64,000 bases of DNA from Octopus vulgaris (GCA_951406725.2 OX597816.1:35650001-35714000); one strand, 5' to 3'; counted from the first letter of the stretch, positions 25,520-40,924 are shown. The notes: generated from the sequence alone by a model not told the origin. Program-made: numbers and translations.

Positions 25520-25890
25520 CCGCAGTAATGGCTGTGTGGTAAGTAGCTTGATTACCAACCACATGATTCTGAGTTCAGTCCCACTGCGTAGCAACTTGGG
25601 CAAGTATTTTCTGCTATAGCCTCGCGCCGACCAAAACTTGTGATTGGATTTGGTAGACGGAAACTAAGCGAACCCCGTCGTATATATGTGTGTGTTTCTT
25701 CACGCGCCATGTCTTTGCAACATATGTTGTGAGTCTACGTCTCCGTCTCTCCGTAACTTAGTAGTTCAGCAAAAGTGACGGATAGTATAAGTACCAAGCT
25801 TACAAAGAATTTGTTCTGGTGTCGATTTGTATGACTAAAGTTAGTGCGACAGCATCGCTCCAGTGAAATTACTGAAACAAATAAATAAGT
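25520..25890 (+). mobile_element. tRNA-derived SINE (family C)
   Basis: A-box-like 'tggctgtgtggt', B-box-like 'gagttcagtccc', then 'ttgggcaagt...ctatagcctc...ggatttggtagacggaaact'. Related minus-strand copies lie at 25950-26108 and 56320-56718. Confidence 0.7.
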
Positions 25891-26197
25891 AAATATATCT
25901 ATATCTATCTATTTACCTATCTATCAATGTATATATATATATATATATATAGGACGGGCTTCTTTCAGTTTCCGTCTGCCAGAACCACACACAAGGCTTT
26001 CATCGGCACAAGGCTATAGTAGGATGGACCTGACCAAGTTGCCACGCAGTGCGACTGAATCATCCAGTAGAGAAGTAAGGTTCTTACCATACACCCACCC
26101 CTGCGCCTATGTGTACACATAATTACATACGTACATATGTCTGTGTAGATTGATAGATAGATAAATAGATAGATAGATTAAATAGATAGATAGATGA

Positions 26198-26288
<91 letters not shown>

Positions 26289-27274
26289 TGCATGTGTGTA
26301 TGTCGTTTAGCTACCAGAGTTCTGTATTGTAAATATAAACCGCACACATCAATAGTAGTTCGTTTCCTATGATTATTATCGATGACGAACTTAGCTAATT
26401 ATCTAATCAGTTTTGTGATTAATCGTTTGATCAGTTGGCAATTTCCTACGAATATTACCTCTGTACACTCGATTAGGCGTTCTCGCAGATGAAACAGATG
26501 ATTACTTGTTCAAACAAATATTATGGAACTATTAAACCGCTAAATCGCTAAGAAGGTGACAGTAATAACTATTGTATACATAGAAACAAAAAAAAAAAAA
26601 CAAGGAATTTAGAGATGGAGAGGGAGATATTTGATTGAATCGACCTCCATAATTAACTGGTATTTTGTTCTATCCGTGAAAGGCATCTCGAAATGACCTC
26701 TCGGGATTGTTCAACTGTTATATTTATATTATCACTCAAGATATTTGAAAACATGTCATGTAGTCAAAGTAGCAGTAGATGTGTCTCATTAATCACTTCG
26801 TAGATATTTTACATCTTCACTACTGAATAATATTCACTCTTCACTGATAATAAGAATAGAAAAACGATCAATATAGGTCGATTTGTAGGCCAAATGACTT
26901 TCACGAAGTTCAGCAACGTCATATAACAACACACGGTTTCATAAAATGCTTGCAAGCAAAATTTGAAATTTTGAAACGACATAAGTTTATGAATATGCAA
27001 ATACATGTGTGTGTATGTCTGTGTGTATGTATGTTTTTATATATGTATATGTGTGTGCGTGTGTGTCTTAGGGAGAACATCCTCAGTAGATATACAAACA
27101 TATCTAACTTACCTACTTCTCGGTACATAGAACAGAAATATTTACAACAAATCCGTTCATACATACGTCAGATCTATTAAACCCAGAAGATTGTAACTAT
27201 TAATTTGCATAGTATAAAGTATTGTGAACCAACCAAGGAAATTTAACATGTAGTAATGTTGGGACATATATTCT

Positions 27275-27483
27275 TTCCTACTCTAAGCAAAAGGCCAGAA
27301 TTTTGGAGGAGTGCCCCAGTCGATTAGATCGACCCCAGTATGCCATTGGTACTTAATCTATTGATCCTGAAAGGATGAAAGGCAAAGTCGACCTCAGCGG
27401 AATTTGAACTCAGAACATAAAAACAGATGATGTATCGCTAAGCATTTTGTCCGGCGTGCGAACATTTCTGCCAGCTCACCGCC
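27275..27483 (-). mobile_element. SINE family A copy
   Basis: Carries the family A core and the 5' head 'ggcggtgagctggcagaaatgttcgcacgccgg'. Confidence 0.85.
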
Positions 27484-27775
27484 TTTAAAAAAACATGGGC
27501 TTAAACATTATTTTCGATGATGATATAACTAAAGTAAATTTTGTGGATATTACCCTAAACTTATGTAATGATTCATATTTCCTATGCCATAAGCCCTCAA
27601 CTAATTAATATATTAGCTCTTTCAGTAATCATCCAAATGCTATTACAAGAAACCTTGTGAGAAATATTTTACTTTGTCTTTCTAGATTATCTGCAAATGT
27701 TTATATATTCAACGATAAAGCCGAATTATTTAACTCTGCCTTACTTAAAGCAAGCTATAAAGGAAAAAAGTACCT
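27484..27775 (+). pseudogene. Penelope-like RT thumb fragment
   Basis: TKVNFVDITLNL...KPSTN*YISSFSNHPNAITRNL...LSRLSAN...FNSALLKASY matches the PLE 'VNFLDVTLNL..KP..YI...SNHP..RLS.LSS...AL..SGY' pattern. Confidence 0.8.
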
Positions 27776-28519
27776 ATATTAACCCTATTGACATATATTC
27801 TGCCTCTATTAATCAGGGCATAAAAACGGTAATTACAATATAAATGTTACTTCGAATAACAACAATAAATCGAAAAATGTAACTTTGCAAAGGAGATAAC
27901 CGTTCTTAACATCCTTTTAGCCATAATGAAAATAACTGTCTTCTTACATTTCATTTCATTTCCACTTCATATATCTATTTCCACACTTTTAAACTTTATT
28001 CCCGCTCATCTATCACACTATATTTTTCCACTCTTAATTTTCTGTTGGTTTCTTGCATTCTTCTCATTCTCTTCCTCCAAATTACCTTTGACGTTAAATC
28101 TATTAACGGTTTTTAAAAATAAATTGTTTGCGTTCCCATTTATTATATACGCGGTAATCACATTCGATTAAAACGGCTTATTGATGTTTTGTTTCTCTTT
28201 TTTTCTATGACGAGATGACTGCATTGTTTTACATCATTTTCATTCCCTCCAGAATAATCTCAATGCTTTCTTCGAAACTTATATTGGAAGTATAAATGAT
28301 CTGAATAACACATGCGTTTTACTCCATTTCTTACATTATCCTTGTTATACAAAATCATTTCACTTAACCGTGCAATTTCTACCTTTATAAGTAGACTGAA
28401 ATATCATTGGCACTTGCGTGAATTATTACAACCCTGGTACTATGTATTGATTTTTACGTGTTTTTTGAAAAACTACACACACACACACACAAACACAGAT
28501 ATATATATATATATATATA

Positions 28520-28858
28520 TATTATTATAATTATACATATAATTATAACAAGGGATTGAATTTATGCCTCTCCACTTGCTGAAAAAGACGCCAAGTGACG
28601 TCAATACCATCTTAAAAACTCCAAAATACACTGGCTGTAGTCGAGCAGAAGAAAGATTATGAATTGAACTTTTGGTTAAATGTGTACAAGATTTCGTTTG
28701 AAACATAATGTAAAGAATGATACCTGCTGCTATCTTCAGCACTGGTATTCCGTAGTATAAATTATAAATTTGCCAGTATTTACACATAGGTATAGGAGTA
28801 GCGCAGAGAGGCATAATGCCAATCCTTTGTTATAATTGTGTATATTATTGTTATAATA
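28520..28858. mobile_element. MITE-like element with ~50-bp TIRs
   Basis: 'aattataacaagggattgaatttatgcctctc' pairs with 'gagaggcataatgccaatcctttgttataatt'. Confidence 0.65.
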
Positions 28859-30402
28859 CGCACACACATATTTATGTTTTAGAGGCACATTTTTGTCGGG
28901 CAGTATATGCATACGTTGGGAGTGATTGTATAATCTAACGGCAGAGAGGTGGGAGCAATCACTATCTTGCTAGTATTTTATCACTACATGAACTATCACC
29001 TGTTCGCTTCATTCTCTGCATTTAATACGACTTAACATTGTTGCACAGCTGTAACACAACAGTATCTACCAACAATTATTACGTAATAGAAATCGGTAGT
29101 TAATTTCTTAATTTCCCTTTTACTGTATGGTATAGTTTGCCTCTGAATAGGTTTTCCGTGCATTCCAGAGAAGAAAATTGCTTCACATTATAATAATAAT
29201 AATTTTATTAACTTCTCGTTGTAAATACGCACACATTCGTTAATAAACATTTCATTGCATTGTGAGATGTAAGAATCAATAGACTGATTTGGACGTGATC
29301 AACTCAGTAGCTTCCTGATCTCAATTCTCTTTAGGCAAAACAAATTTACATAACAATGCGTTAATGAATCTCCGACAAATACTACTGCATTGATCATAAT
29401 GTTAATTAATTAATATATTTGCCTTATATATTTATATTTAATTATACTTTCTTTGAAGTGCTTCATTATTTAGGTATCGGAAGCTTAGTGACGTGCATGT
29501 AAATTTAAAGGTTGGTCAAGAGATATGAAAAGAGTTATCTCATGTGTTGTTTACAAATATATGACTTTTTCAAGACTTTAAGTGTATTCACTGTTGTATG
29601 AGTTTTCTAATATCAATCAGCGTTGCATTCATACGTTACTTCGAAGTTAAAAGGAAGCAGGAAGCAAAAACGACATAAATTCAGTTATTTCATTTCAACG
29701 AGAACGGAAATGCGCGTATCATCGGCACTTGCAAGCGACTATATTTTGTTAACACGTAATATGGTTTCCCGTAAATGATTGAGGTGCCGATTCATTTCCT
29801 ACTCTTCAGCCCGTGTGACACGCACGATGTGACAGTCGGCGAAATGAAGGATTGTACTAGAAGTAGGTTGTGACTTATTTTCAATTAAATAGACCGGATA
29901 AACAATATTTTTCTTCCAAGAAGCGACTGTTTTTGGTACGAATCTGTAGACCATTGAGTAACTAGTGTTTTAGATATAAAGTATGAGTAACTATTGTAAT
30001 AACGCTGCAGGGCATGATACCATACATTTAGCACTTATAAAAATTTAGTTTGGAGAAATGTTTAGCTTGGAACTATTAGCATTTCATGTATTCACACAAG
30101 TTTCATGAACTGATACTTAGACTATAAACACAGATATACGCAAACACACGCAAGCGCGCGTATATACACACACGTACCCATGCACACACATATACTCACA
30201 TATGCAACACAAACATATCCACATAATTGGCACGCCAGTAGAATATCACATAAATATGGATAAAATGCAGATTATAAACAATAAGTGAAATAGAGATAAA
30301 GTTGATATTATAATTTATTTATTTACATTGTTATATAACATAATATGCTACGAATGTAACATGTGTTATAACATTTTTTTAAATCATTAAAACAACCAAA
30401 AG

Positions 30403-30482
30403 AGCCAACAATTTGTTTCGACTTACATGCATTATTCGATTTATAAAGAATTCAGTTCATTTATATAAGTCTCATCAGAGCT
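30403..30482 (-). ncRNA. Type I hammerhead ribozyme motif
   Basis: Minus strand: AGCU-CUGAUGA-GACUUA...UAAGUC-GAAACAAAUUGUU^GGCU, with a 6-bp stem II, near-palindromic stem III and a GUU site. Confidence 0.75.
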
Positions 30483-30489
30483 ATGGTTT

Positions 30490-32510
30490 AAAGATAGATG
30501 GAATTTAGTGGCCTAGAAAAGTTTACTGAAGCAAAATTTATAAGCAACTTTTGTAAGAGACAATATGAAGCAAATAATGCCATTAAATCAGATACCAACA
30601 TTACCATCAAGGAGCTTGACGCACAAGAATGCCATTAATTAACTGGTGATAAACGAGGGAGATGGCATAGAACATGCTACTATGCAGAAAAATTAAGAAA
30701 GGAGTATTACAAGAGAATAATGCTAATACAAAAAAACTGAACTCAACTTCAAATATAGCATCGAAGCCATTAACACCCTGGCACTTCCAGTATTCCAATA
30801 CTGTTTTAACATCATTAAGTGCAATTTTTCAGAGCTCCAACTCCTTAACAGGAACACAGGAAAAATAATTAAACCATCTAAAACATATAACAACCAAAAG
30901 CAGACGTAGATCGTCTGTACCTACCTAGACGTAATGGATGAACAAGAATGATGTGGTTAGAAATGTGCTATAAGATTACTAGCAATGAACAAGTATTTAT
31001 CTAGTACAGAGAACTGGATGCTGCGGCTTGTGAGCAAACCCTAAAGCAGCAAAAAAAATCAAATACTATTGTCAAGGAAGCTAGCATATTCATAAGGAAC
31101 GTAGCATTAACCCTGAATTAGATAAAGGACCTGATACCCCTACTACCAAACAGGCAAAACTGATCAAACAGACTGCAAAAACGAACGGGCAGAAACAAGT
31201 TGGGGAGCAGCGGAGCCAGAAACCTCTGCATGGAAAGCATATATTTCGAAACTGAAATGCAGGCGTAGACCAAGCAACAATTTATCAGAAGCTCAGAAGT
31301 TCAGGACTGAAAGACACTAAAGGTTCCATATTGGTGTCACAATATCAAAGCTTACTTCCCAAAAAGTACCAGGCTAACGTTTCTCAATCACGTTCTGAGC
31401 TTAAATGCAGATTTTGCGTTACATTTGACGAAACAATGGCCCACCCCATCATGGGATGACCTGTACTGACATCAAAGGAATACAAAATTTTCCACCATAT
31501 GGTAGGGCAGTATTTGCATTGGATAATATGTAAACACTACAAAATCAGCATTCTTGCTTACTGGTATCAACATCAACAATGCGGCGAGCTGGCAGAAACG
31601 TTAATACGTCAGGCGAAATGCTTAGCGGTATTTCGTCTGCCGTTACATTCTGAGTTCAAATTCCGCCGAGGTCGACATTGCCTTTCGATTAAATAAGTAC
31701 CAGTTACTCACTGGGTTCGGTATAATCGACTTAATCCGTTTGTCTGCACTTCTTTGTCCTCTCTGCGTTTAGCCCCTTGTGGGTAGTAAACAAATAAGTA
31801 TTTCGTCTACCGCTACGTTCTGAGTAAAAATTCCGCCGAGGTCAACTTTGCATTTCATCCTTTCGGGGTCGATTAAATAAGTACCAGTTACGAACTGGGT
31901 TCGGTATAATCGACTTAATCCGTTTGTCTGTCCTTGTTTGTCCCCTGTGTTTTGGCCCTTGTGGGTAGTAAAAAAATAGGTATTAACATCATCCTGTGTC
32001 AGTCGTTGAATGTAAAAAATGTTACTATCCCATGGTATTTTCCACTCATCACCGACAGAATGATCCAAGCTACTCGACCAGACATATTCATTAAAACGGG
32101 GAAGACTAATAGATATTTCTGCTGATAAAAATTTAACTGTAAAGGAATTTAACAGCTTAAGTTAATACAAGGACCTGAAAATTGAGATACAAAGATGTGG
32201 CATCTTAAAGCGAGAACGGTCACTGTTATTGTGCCCAATGTATGATAAGAAAGTGATGTCAGAAACATCTAGATATTATCCCAGGAGATCCATGTTTCAG
32301 AAAAATCCAAAAGATTGTGCTGATAATTACTACCCATATCCATAGAAATAACTTATCAATTTAAATGTAGCTGTTGTATTACATGAACATATGTCACTTC
32401 TGCTCCTACCACCTCTCCTCCCCATGCTCTCAGTCAAACTGTAACACCTCTTAGGAGGCTAGGTGTGTTTCGGCAGGTGATTGTAACAAACATGCAGATA
32501 AAAATTAAAA
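30490..32510 (+). pseudogene. Decayed Dong/R4 LINE (RT C-terminus to RLE), interrupted by a SINE concatemer and ending at (GAA)n
   Basis: Broken matches to GLEK, PKADVDRLYLPR, KPLHGK, LRSSGLK, CRFC..FDET, VGQYLHWII, WYFPLITDRMIQATRPDI and DLKIEIQ.MWHLKA. Confidence 0.85.
31580..31982 (+). mobile_element. SINE family A dimer inserted in a LINE
   Basis: Head 'gcggcgagctggcagaaacgtt' followed by two copies of the ~180-bp body. Confidence 0.85.
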
Positions 32511-32599
32511 AAGAAGGAATAAAAGAAGGAGGAGGAGAAGAACAAGAAGAAGAAGAAGAAGAAGAAGAAGAAGAAGAAGAAGGAGAAGAAGAAGAAGAA

Positions 32600-33425
32600 A
32601 CTCTTCCGCCCGAAGAGATGCTAAGCGGTGCACGAAAAACTAGCAGCTCAATGAATGAGTGTGTCCAGAAAGGTACATCCCCCGCGTGGATGGTGACTGG
32701 GAGGACAACACTTTTAATGAAAATAGAAGAAAGGGGAATATTGTGGGAAACAACCGTCCCATAGCATGCCTAGACATAATCTGGAAGACACTTACTGTAA
32801 TATGTGAGGTAAAGGCATGAACTTTCCTAGCACAGTAAGAAATAATACCAAGGAAATAGAAAGGATGTAGGAAGAGTTCTCAGGTTATCAATAATCACCT
32901 GGGCATCGATAAAACGCATTATGAAAAAACATCAAACAAACATTCTATAGTTTGCCTTGTCTGTAAGAAGGCATATGATATGATGCCTCATTGTTGGATC
33001 GCTATATGCCTACAGAGGATTGATGTTGCTGATGACATCACAAATTTTGTGATGCATAATCTTCATTGATAAAGAAAACAAACTATGCTGGATATAACAT
33101 GCCCAGCTGACAACAAGGTAAGTAAAAACGAAAATTCGAGAGATATGACAGGTTAGCTTAGGAAGTTCAGCAGTTGTGGTCAATGAAAAAGGTAGTTGTA
33201 GTACCAATAATTGTCGGATGTATGGGAACAGTGAGCAAAAAACTCGAGATGTACGTGGAACAAATAGGGGTTGTAATAAGGGTGGAGCTCTTGCAGAAAA
33301 CAACACTGCTTGGAATCGCTCGAATACTCCGGAAGGTGCTCGAAAAATAAGAGGTGTTACCTTAGTTCCCTAGTACTGAACAGCCAACACTGTAATACAT
33401 CCCCAACGTTAGAACCTGTGCAAAG
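32600..33425 (+). pseudogene. Internally deleted Dong/R4 LINE relic (RT N-terminus joined to RLE C-terminus)
   Basis: PAWMVTGRTTLL...RPIACL...KKAYDMMPHCWI, then IIFIDKENKLCWI...VPIIV...LQKTTLLGIARILRKVL. Confidence 0.75.
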
Positions 33426-33427
33426 TT

Positions 33428-34990
<1,563 letters not shown>

Positions 34991-34997
<7 letters not shown>

Positions 34998-35553
34998 ATG
35001 CCCTGATGCAGTACCAGGCAGTGGCTCTCATGGCTTCTGATCTTAACTGATTGGAAGTGTTATCATGTACATTGTTTTGTCTTGGTATAAAAGATGGGCT
35101 ACAGCAAATATTCTGCTCAATACCACAGATTTGCTTGTCAGTTGTTTGACCTTAACCAGTTGAGCATGTCACTTAGTGGCTGAAGATATGTGCATCTCTG
35201 ATCACGAGCAGAAGTAGTGGGGGAGCATCATAGCCATGTGTTGAGAGGGATTCTTTGGGGTTTGAATAGTTCACCTCTGGAAACATGGGTGGTTCTTTCA
35301 ACATCCTTAAACAACCCTTATTCAGGGACCGTTTGAGCGGGATGGGCTACTCAACCTGAAGAAAATTCTAACTGGGCCCCACCTGCAAGGTCATGTGCTG
35401 TTTATCTTGATATGAGATCACCATGTCGCGCACATATGGTTGTGATGCATGTGCCTGGTGTACCTTTATCAGACGGGTAGTCATGATGGGTATATTGGGC
35501 TTCGTATATTTTACCCCAGTGTCACTTTGATGGCATGAACTGCTCTCTCACTC
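34991..35553. mobile_element. ~560-bp non-coding repeat inserted in (TAA)n
   Basis: Flanked by (TAA)n on both sides; 35310-35553 is nearly identical to 40611-40854. Confidence 0.8.
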
Positions 35554-35594
<41 letters not shown>

Positions 35595-35604
35595 TAATAA
35601 TAAC

Positions 35605-35672
<68 letters not shown>

Positions 35673-36619
35673 AGAACAACCCTTCAAAATAAGTTGAGAA
35701 AATTTACAAATTTACATATCTACAGTTTTCAATCATACATTCGACCAGCTTTAAAAACTTTGATACCTACAATTGCCTCTGTAAACATCCTTTCTTTTTT
35801 CTTCTCTCTAAAAACATCACGCTTTTCTTTTTGTGGACTTACAAAACCCTAAAACTTTCTATGAAAATCTGACTTTTCTTTGCTTCCTCCCTGAATATTC
35901 AAATATAAATGTAAACATATACTTTTTATTGTAAAAACACACCTGTTCTTCTAACTGGACATACAAACATCTCTAGAAAAGTCAACTTCAACCTCCACAA
36001 TATTACCTTACACGAAATATACAAACACTTTTTATTGCAATAACACAAACGCACATGGAAAAAAAATGATGATGCTAAGATTCTCTCTGGTCGAACACAA
36101 CTTCTCTATTCACAAACAATACAGAACAGCCCTTCCTTAATTTTTCTTAAGCCTAATAGTAGTAAACATCTGAACTTTTTTTGACCGATAGGACCCCACC
36201 TAAAACAAAATATATCACTGATGGTGATGGTGATGATAATAATGATAGTAATAGTGCTGATAAGCTATCTATTTATCTACACACACACACACACACACAC
36301 TCAAAGAGTACAACCAACACAAACCTCACCTCGGCTCTATTGTTAACCAAGTATGAAAGTATTATTTGACAGGCAAGAACTCTGGCGTTGAAGACAGTCA
36401 GCCAGCCAACCACCAAGCCAGCCAACGAGACAGACAGACACTACTGTGATGGTGATAATGATAAAAAAACAAAAATAACAATAAGATACTGCTGTGACTA
36501 CACATAAAACAATATCATTGATGATGATGGTGGTGATGGTGAGGGTGATGATGATAATGATGATGGTAATGGTGGTGATAATGATGATAGTGATAATAAT
36601 GGTGATGATAATAATAATA

Positions 36620-39600
36620 AACCGACTACGGCTGCTATAATGGTACGATTATAATTGTAACGGCAATGATGGCCGTCTCCCCACGAGCCAATCAAAGCTA
36701 AAAAATGATAACATTATCGTAGCACCAAAATGTTTTTGGAAACTAAAAGGAAAACTAAATCAGTATACCAAATCGCTTGTCCTATGGTTAATCTGGAAGC
36801 GCGTCCCCCAGGGAAGAGCCAGCCTGGGATCGAAAAGTCATCAACTGGCACAAACTCTTCTCCGAATACGGACATGGATGGTCACTTGAACGGGAAATCC
36901 CCCAACTCGAGCCCTCCAGGTTCACCACCACAACCACCACAGAAAGAAAAATGTAAGCGGAACAAATGGACCCGAGAAGAGTATAAAGAAGTAATATACG
37001 CTTATTACTATGCATTAGGTAGGCCATCTCAAGAGAGACACACCGCAAACTCTTACAGTATATGGAGAACACGGAATCAAGACAGTATGCCCTATTTGGA
37101 CGAGAACAAAGTAGCAAATGTGAGGAGGGATATCCTTAGACATAACAGACTCACAGACAGTGAAATAAGCGCGATCAAGCACGCAACGGAAAATGACATA
37201 AATATAAGACACAAAGGAAATGAAGAATCAGATGAACAGTATAGCCCGCCACGAGGCTTAATTGAAAGACTGCCATCTGACCAAAGTACGCAAAGGCCTG
37301 AAGATACAAGAAATTCTATTGTACCTGTTAAAGATAGCCAGGAAAACGAAAAAACAACAGTAACTGAAGATCTCGCATTTGCTGAAGAACACAGAGAGAC
37401 TATGGCAGAAATGAGGCAGAAAATCCTGAATACGCTTGAAGTTGTAAGACATACAAGTATGAATGATAGAGAACCACTTCATAAACTCTCAAATACAAAC
37501 CAAAATAAAAAACAAATCCAAATTGGCAACTATGTAACAAATGAAATAATACGAGAATTAAAACCTGATTTTACTGAGTTAAATGAAATTATTTACGCTT
37601 CTGCTAGGGCAATTGAAACCAGCTGTATGCCCCCGAAAAAACAAAGAAAACAAAACCTGGGAAGAAATCAAACCTGGAGAAGTAAAATTGAAAAAGAGAT
37701 TGAATTTATGAGAGGGGAAATATCAATATTAAATGAACTAATGTGTGGAAATGATGTAAGATCCAGAACAGGAAGAAAGATGAAGAGGAAATTTGGATCC
37801 TCACCAAGAGAAGAACTGATATCAATAAAAGAAACGCTGAAACAAAAAGTCCAAGCAAAAGCCCAAAGAATACGAAGATTTGAGAAGAGAAACAAGTTTT
37901 ACAAGCAAAATAAGCTGTTCACATCCAATGCCAAAAAATTCTACAGAGAAATAGGGAAGGAGAAAGTAACCGTTAAAGACTCACATGGAAGAAGTTCAAA
38001 ACTTTTGGAAAAGGATTTGGAGTGACAAGAAGACGTACAACATAAATGCAGACTGGATTATACAAACTGAAGGATCCTACCAAAATTTACAACAAGCATG
38101 GGAAGACATCACAATAGCAGACCTAAGAAAGGCACTCACGAAGGCCCATAATTGGAAATCCCCCGGTAAAGATAAGGTGCCGAATTTCTGGCTCGCATCG
38201 CTCCCATGCGCACACGGTAAGCTAGTTCAGCTGCTCAATGGAATTATGAGAGACCCAAAGAAAACACCTGAATGGTTAACAAGTGGCATTACTTACCTAC
38301 TCCCAAAGAATAACGAAACCAACCTTCCAAAAAACTATTGGCCTACTGTCTATCCACCACGTATAAAATCCTAACATCTATCCTGGCGGAGAAAACATAT
38401 GCATTCATGGAGAAGAACGATATTTTCCCCATTGAACAAAAAGGGTGCAGCCGAGGCTCTTACGGATGCAAAGATCAACTGCTAATCAATCGTATGATCC
38501 TTGAGAACTGTCACAACAAGCGCACAAATCTCAGCATCGCATGGATTGACTATAAAAAGGCCTTCGACAGTATACCGCATCCATGGATCTTGAGATCGCA
38601 GGACATCTTCAAAATTTCCCCTGTGATTTCAAACTTCCTGAAGCACAATATGTCGTTGTGGAATACGAATCTCCAATTATACAAATCTAATGGAGTACTT
38701 GCCTCAGAAAATATAAACATCAACTGTGGAATTTTTCAAGGTGACTCACTGTCACCTTTAATATTCTGCATAGCCCTAATACCCCTTACAAGTGAATTAA
38801 ACAGAACAGGGTATGGGTATAAAATTGCCAATAAAAAAATAAGCCATCTATTTTATATGGATGACTTAAAACTTTATGGTAAAGACAATAATGAACTTGA
38901 AGGCCTATTGCGCACCATGAAAGCATTCAGCGATGACATCGGGATGGAGTTTGGACTTGAGAAGTGTGCCAAGGCCACTTTCCAGAAAGGGAAAGTGAAG
39001 ACCACAAATTCAGTCGTGTTAGATGTTGACACAGTCATAAGAGAGCTTGAACAAGAACAAACATACAAATATTTAGGGATAAATGAAGGCTCTGGTATTC
39101 ATCATGCAAGCATGAAAGAGAAGATCAGGAAGGAATGTTATAGGAGAGTTCGTGCAGTCCTGAAATCTGAACTAAATGCACGTAACAAGATGTTAGCTAT
39201 AAATTCCTTAGCAGTTCCAGTTGTTACTTATAGCTACAATGTGTTGAACTGGAATATGAGTGAAGTAAAGAATATAGATAGGAAAATACGCAAGCTGCTG
39301 AGTTGTAATAGGATGCACCACCCAAAGGCAGACGTAGATCGCCTTTACCTTCCCAGAGCCCAAGGAGGTCGAGGCTTGATCCAATTTGAACTAGCTTACA
39401 AATCAACCACAATTGGACTGGCCAAATATCTCGAAATATCGAATGACTGGATGCTAAAGCTCGTGGAAAATCACGAGAGAGGAAAGAAGCTTCATTCTAT
39501 CATAAAGGAAAGCAACAAATTTGCTATTGATCTCGTGCAGGATACCCAAACTGAACAACCCGAGGGAAGTACGGCAACTATTGTTGCAAAGAAGGTGAAA

Positions 39601-40572
39601 ATGATGGCAGAGAAAAAAGCGCACGAGCAATTGGCTGATAGGTGGGAGGAGGAACCTATGCACGGCAAATATGTGACCCGCAGCAAACAAGCTGATGTTG
39701 ACCAGAAGCAAACCCATCTGTGGCTACGGAGCTCAGAGCTAAAAGCAGAGAGCGAAGGTTTCATCCTGGCTGCTCAAGATCAAAGCCTATTAACCCGGAA
39801 CTACCAGGCCAATGTGATGAAAAATGGAGCAGACCGAAAATGCCGATTCTGCAACGACATGATTGAAACAGTGGACCACCTAATCTCTGGATGTAAAGTC
39901 TTAGCACCAGTGGAGTATAAATTAAGACATGACAGAGTTGGCCAATATCTCCACTGGCTAATAAGTCGGCATTACAATATCAAAACTGCCGACAAGTGGT
40001 ATAATCACCACCCTGAGGCTGTAACTGAAGGAGAAAATGTAACCATTATGTGGGACTTTCCAGTACATACAGACCGAACCATCAAGGCCAATAAACCAGA
40101 TATTGTTGTGAAAGATCAAAACAATAAAGTTTGCTTATTGATCGACATGAGCATCCCCTGTGATCATAATATCTCAGCGAAAGAGTTTGACAAGATCAGA
40201 AAATATAAAGACCTACTCATTGAAATTGAGAAAATGTGGCATCTCAAGGCGGTTACAATACCATTGATCGTAGGAGCACTAGGAATGATCAAGAAGGGAA
40301 CCGAAAATTATATGAGAATGATCCCTGGCTTACCATCCCTGCAAGAAGTGCAAAAGATTGTCTTAACTGGTACATCACACGTATTGAGAAGAGCATTGTC
40401 GATGTGAGAACTGTTGCTGCTCATGTATTTTAATTTAACTTTAAAAAAAAAATGAACGAACTATTGAGTTTGGTTTAATGGCCTACCAATGTATACTATG
40501 AGTTTCTTTGCCCTAGGAGTCGGGAAGACACTCGGCAAGAAATGGAAGCAAATTTGAAAGAAGAAAAAAAAG
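36620..40572 (+). mobile_element. Near-full-length Dong/R4-clade non-LTR retrotransposon (restriction-like endonuclease)
   Basis: Starts after a short TAA run and ends in an A-rich tail plus (TAA)n. It carries one ancestral ORF split by two frameshifts. Confidence 0.93.
36730..40407 (+). pseudogene. Frameshifted R4/Dong polyprotein: Myb-like N-terminus, RT, CCHC knuckle, PD-(D/E)xK endonuclease
   Basis: KWTREEYKEVIYAYY; WKSPGKD; EQKG, DYKKAFDS, GIFQGDSLSP, YMDD, YKYLG; CRFC...HLISGC, RHD, KPDIVV, IDMSIP, KIRKY. Frameshifts occur near 37985 and near 38340 (damaged NYRPITCL motif). Confidence 0.93.
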
Positions 40573-40610
40573 TAATAATAATAATAATAATAATAACAAT
40601 AATAATAATA

Positions 40611-40854
40611 AACAACCCTTATTCAGGGACCGTTTGAGCGGGATGGGCTACTCAACCTGAAGAAAATTCTAACTGGGCCCCACCTGCAAGGTCATGTGCT
40701 GTTTATCTTGATATGAGATCACCACGTCGCGCACATATGGTTGGGATGCATGTGCCTGGAGTACCCTTATCAGACGGGTGGTCATGATGGGTATATTGGG
40801 CTTCGTATATTTTACCCCAGTGTCACTTTGATGGCATGAACTGCTCTCTCACTC
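40611..40854. mobile_element. Truncated second copy of the 560-bp (TAA)n-associated repeat
   Basis: Shares the right end 'ctgctctctcactc' with 34991-35553, lacks the first ~320 bp, and is flanked by (TAA)n. Confidence 0.85.
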
Positions 40855-40893
40855 AATGATAATAATAATAATAATAACAACAACAACAACAAC

Positions 40894-40924
<31 letters not shown>

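Noticed and set aside
29785-29815. Minus-strand CUGAAGA-GUAG-GAAA hammerhead-like boxes
   Set aside because: No stem II and no complementary stems I or III; probably chance.
36620-36725. Possible HDV-like ribozyme in the Dong LINE 5' UTR (cgt-ctcccc-acg hairpin, atgatg/cattat pairing)
   Set aside because: Plausible by analogy with R2/R4 elements, but P1 is weak, there is no GG for P1.1 and no clear catalytic C in J4/2; it cannot be supported by eye.
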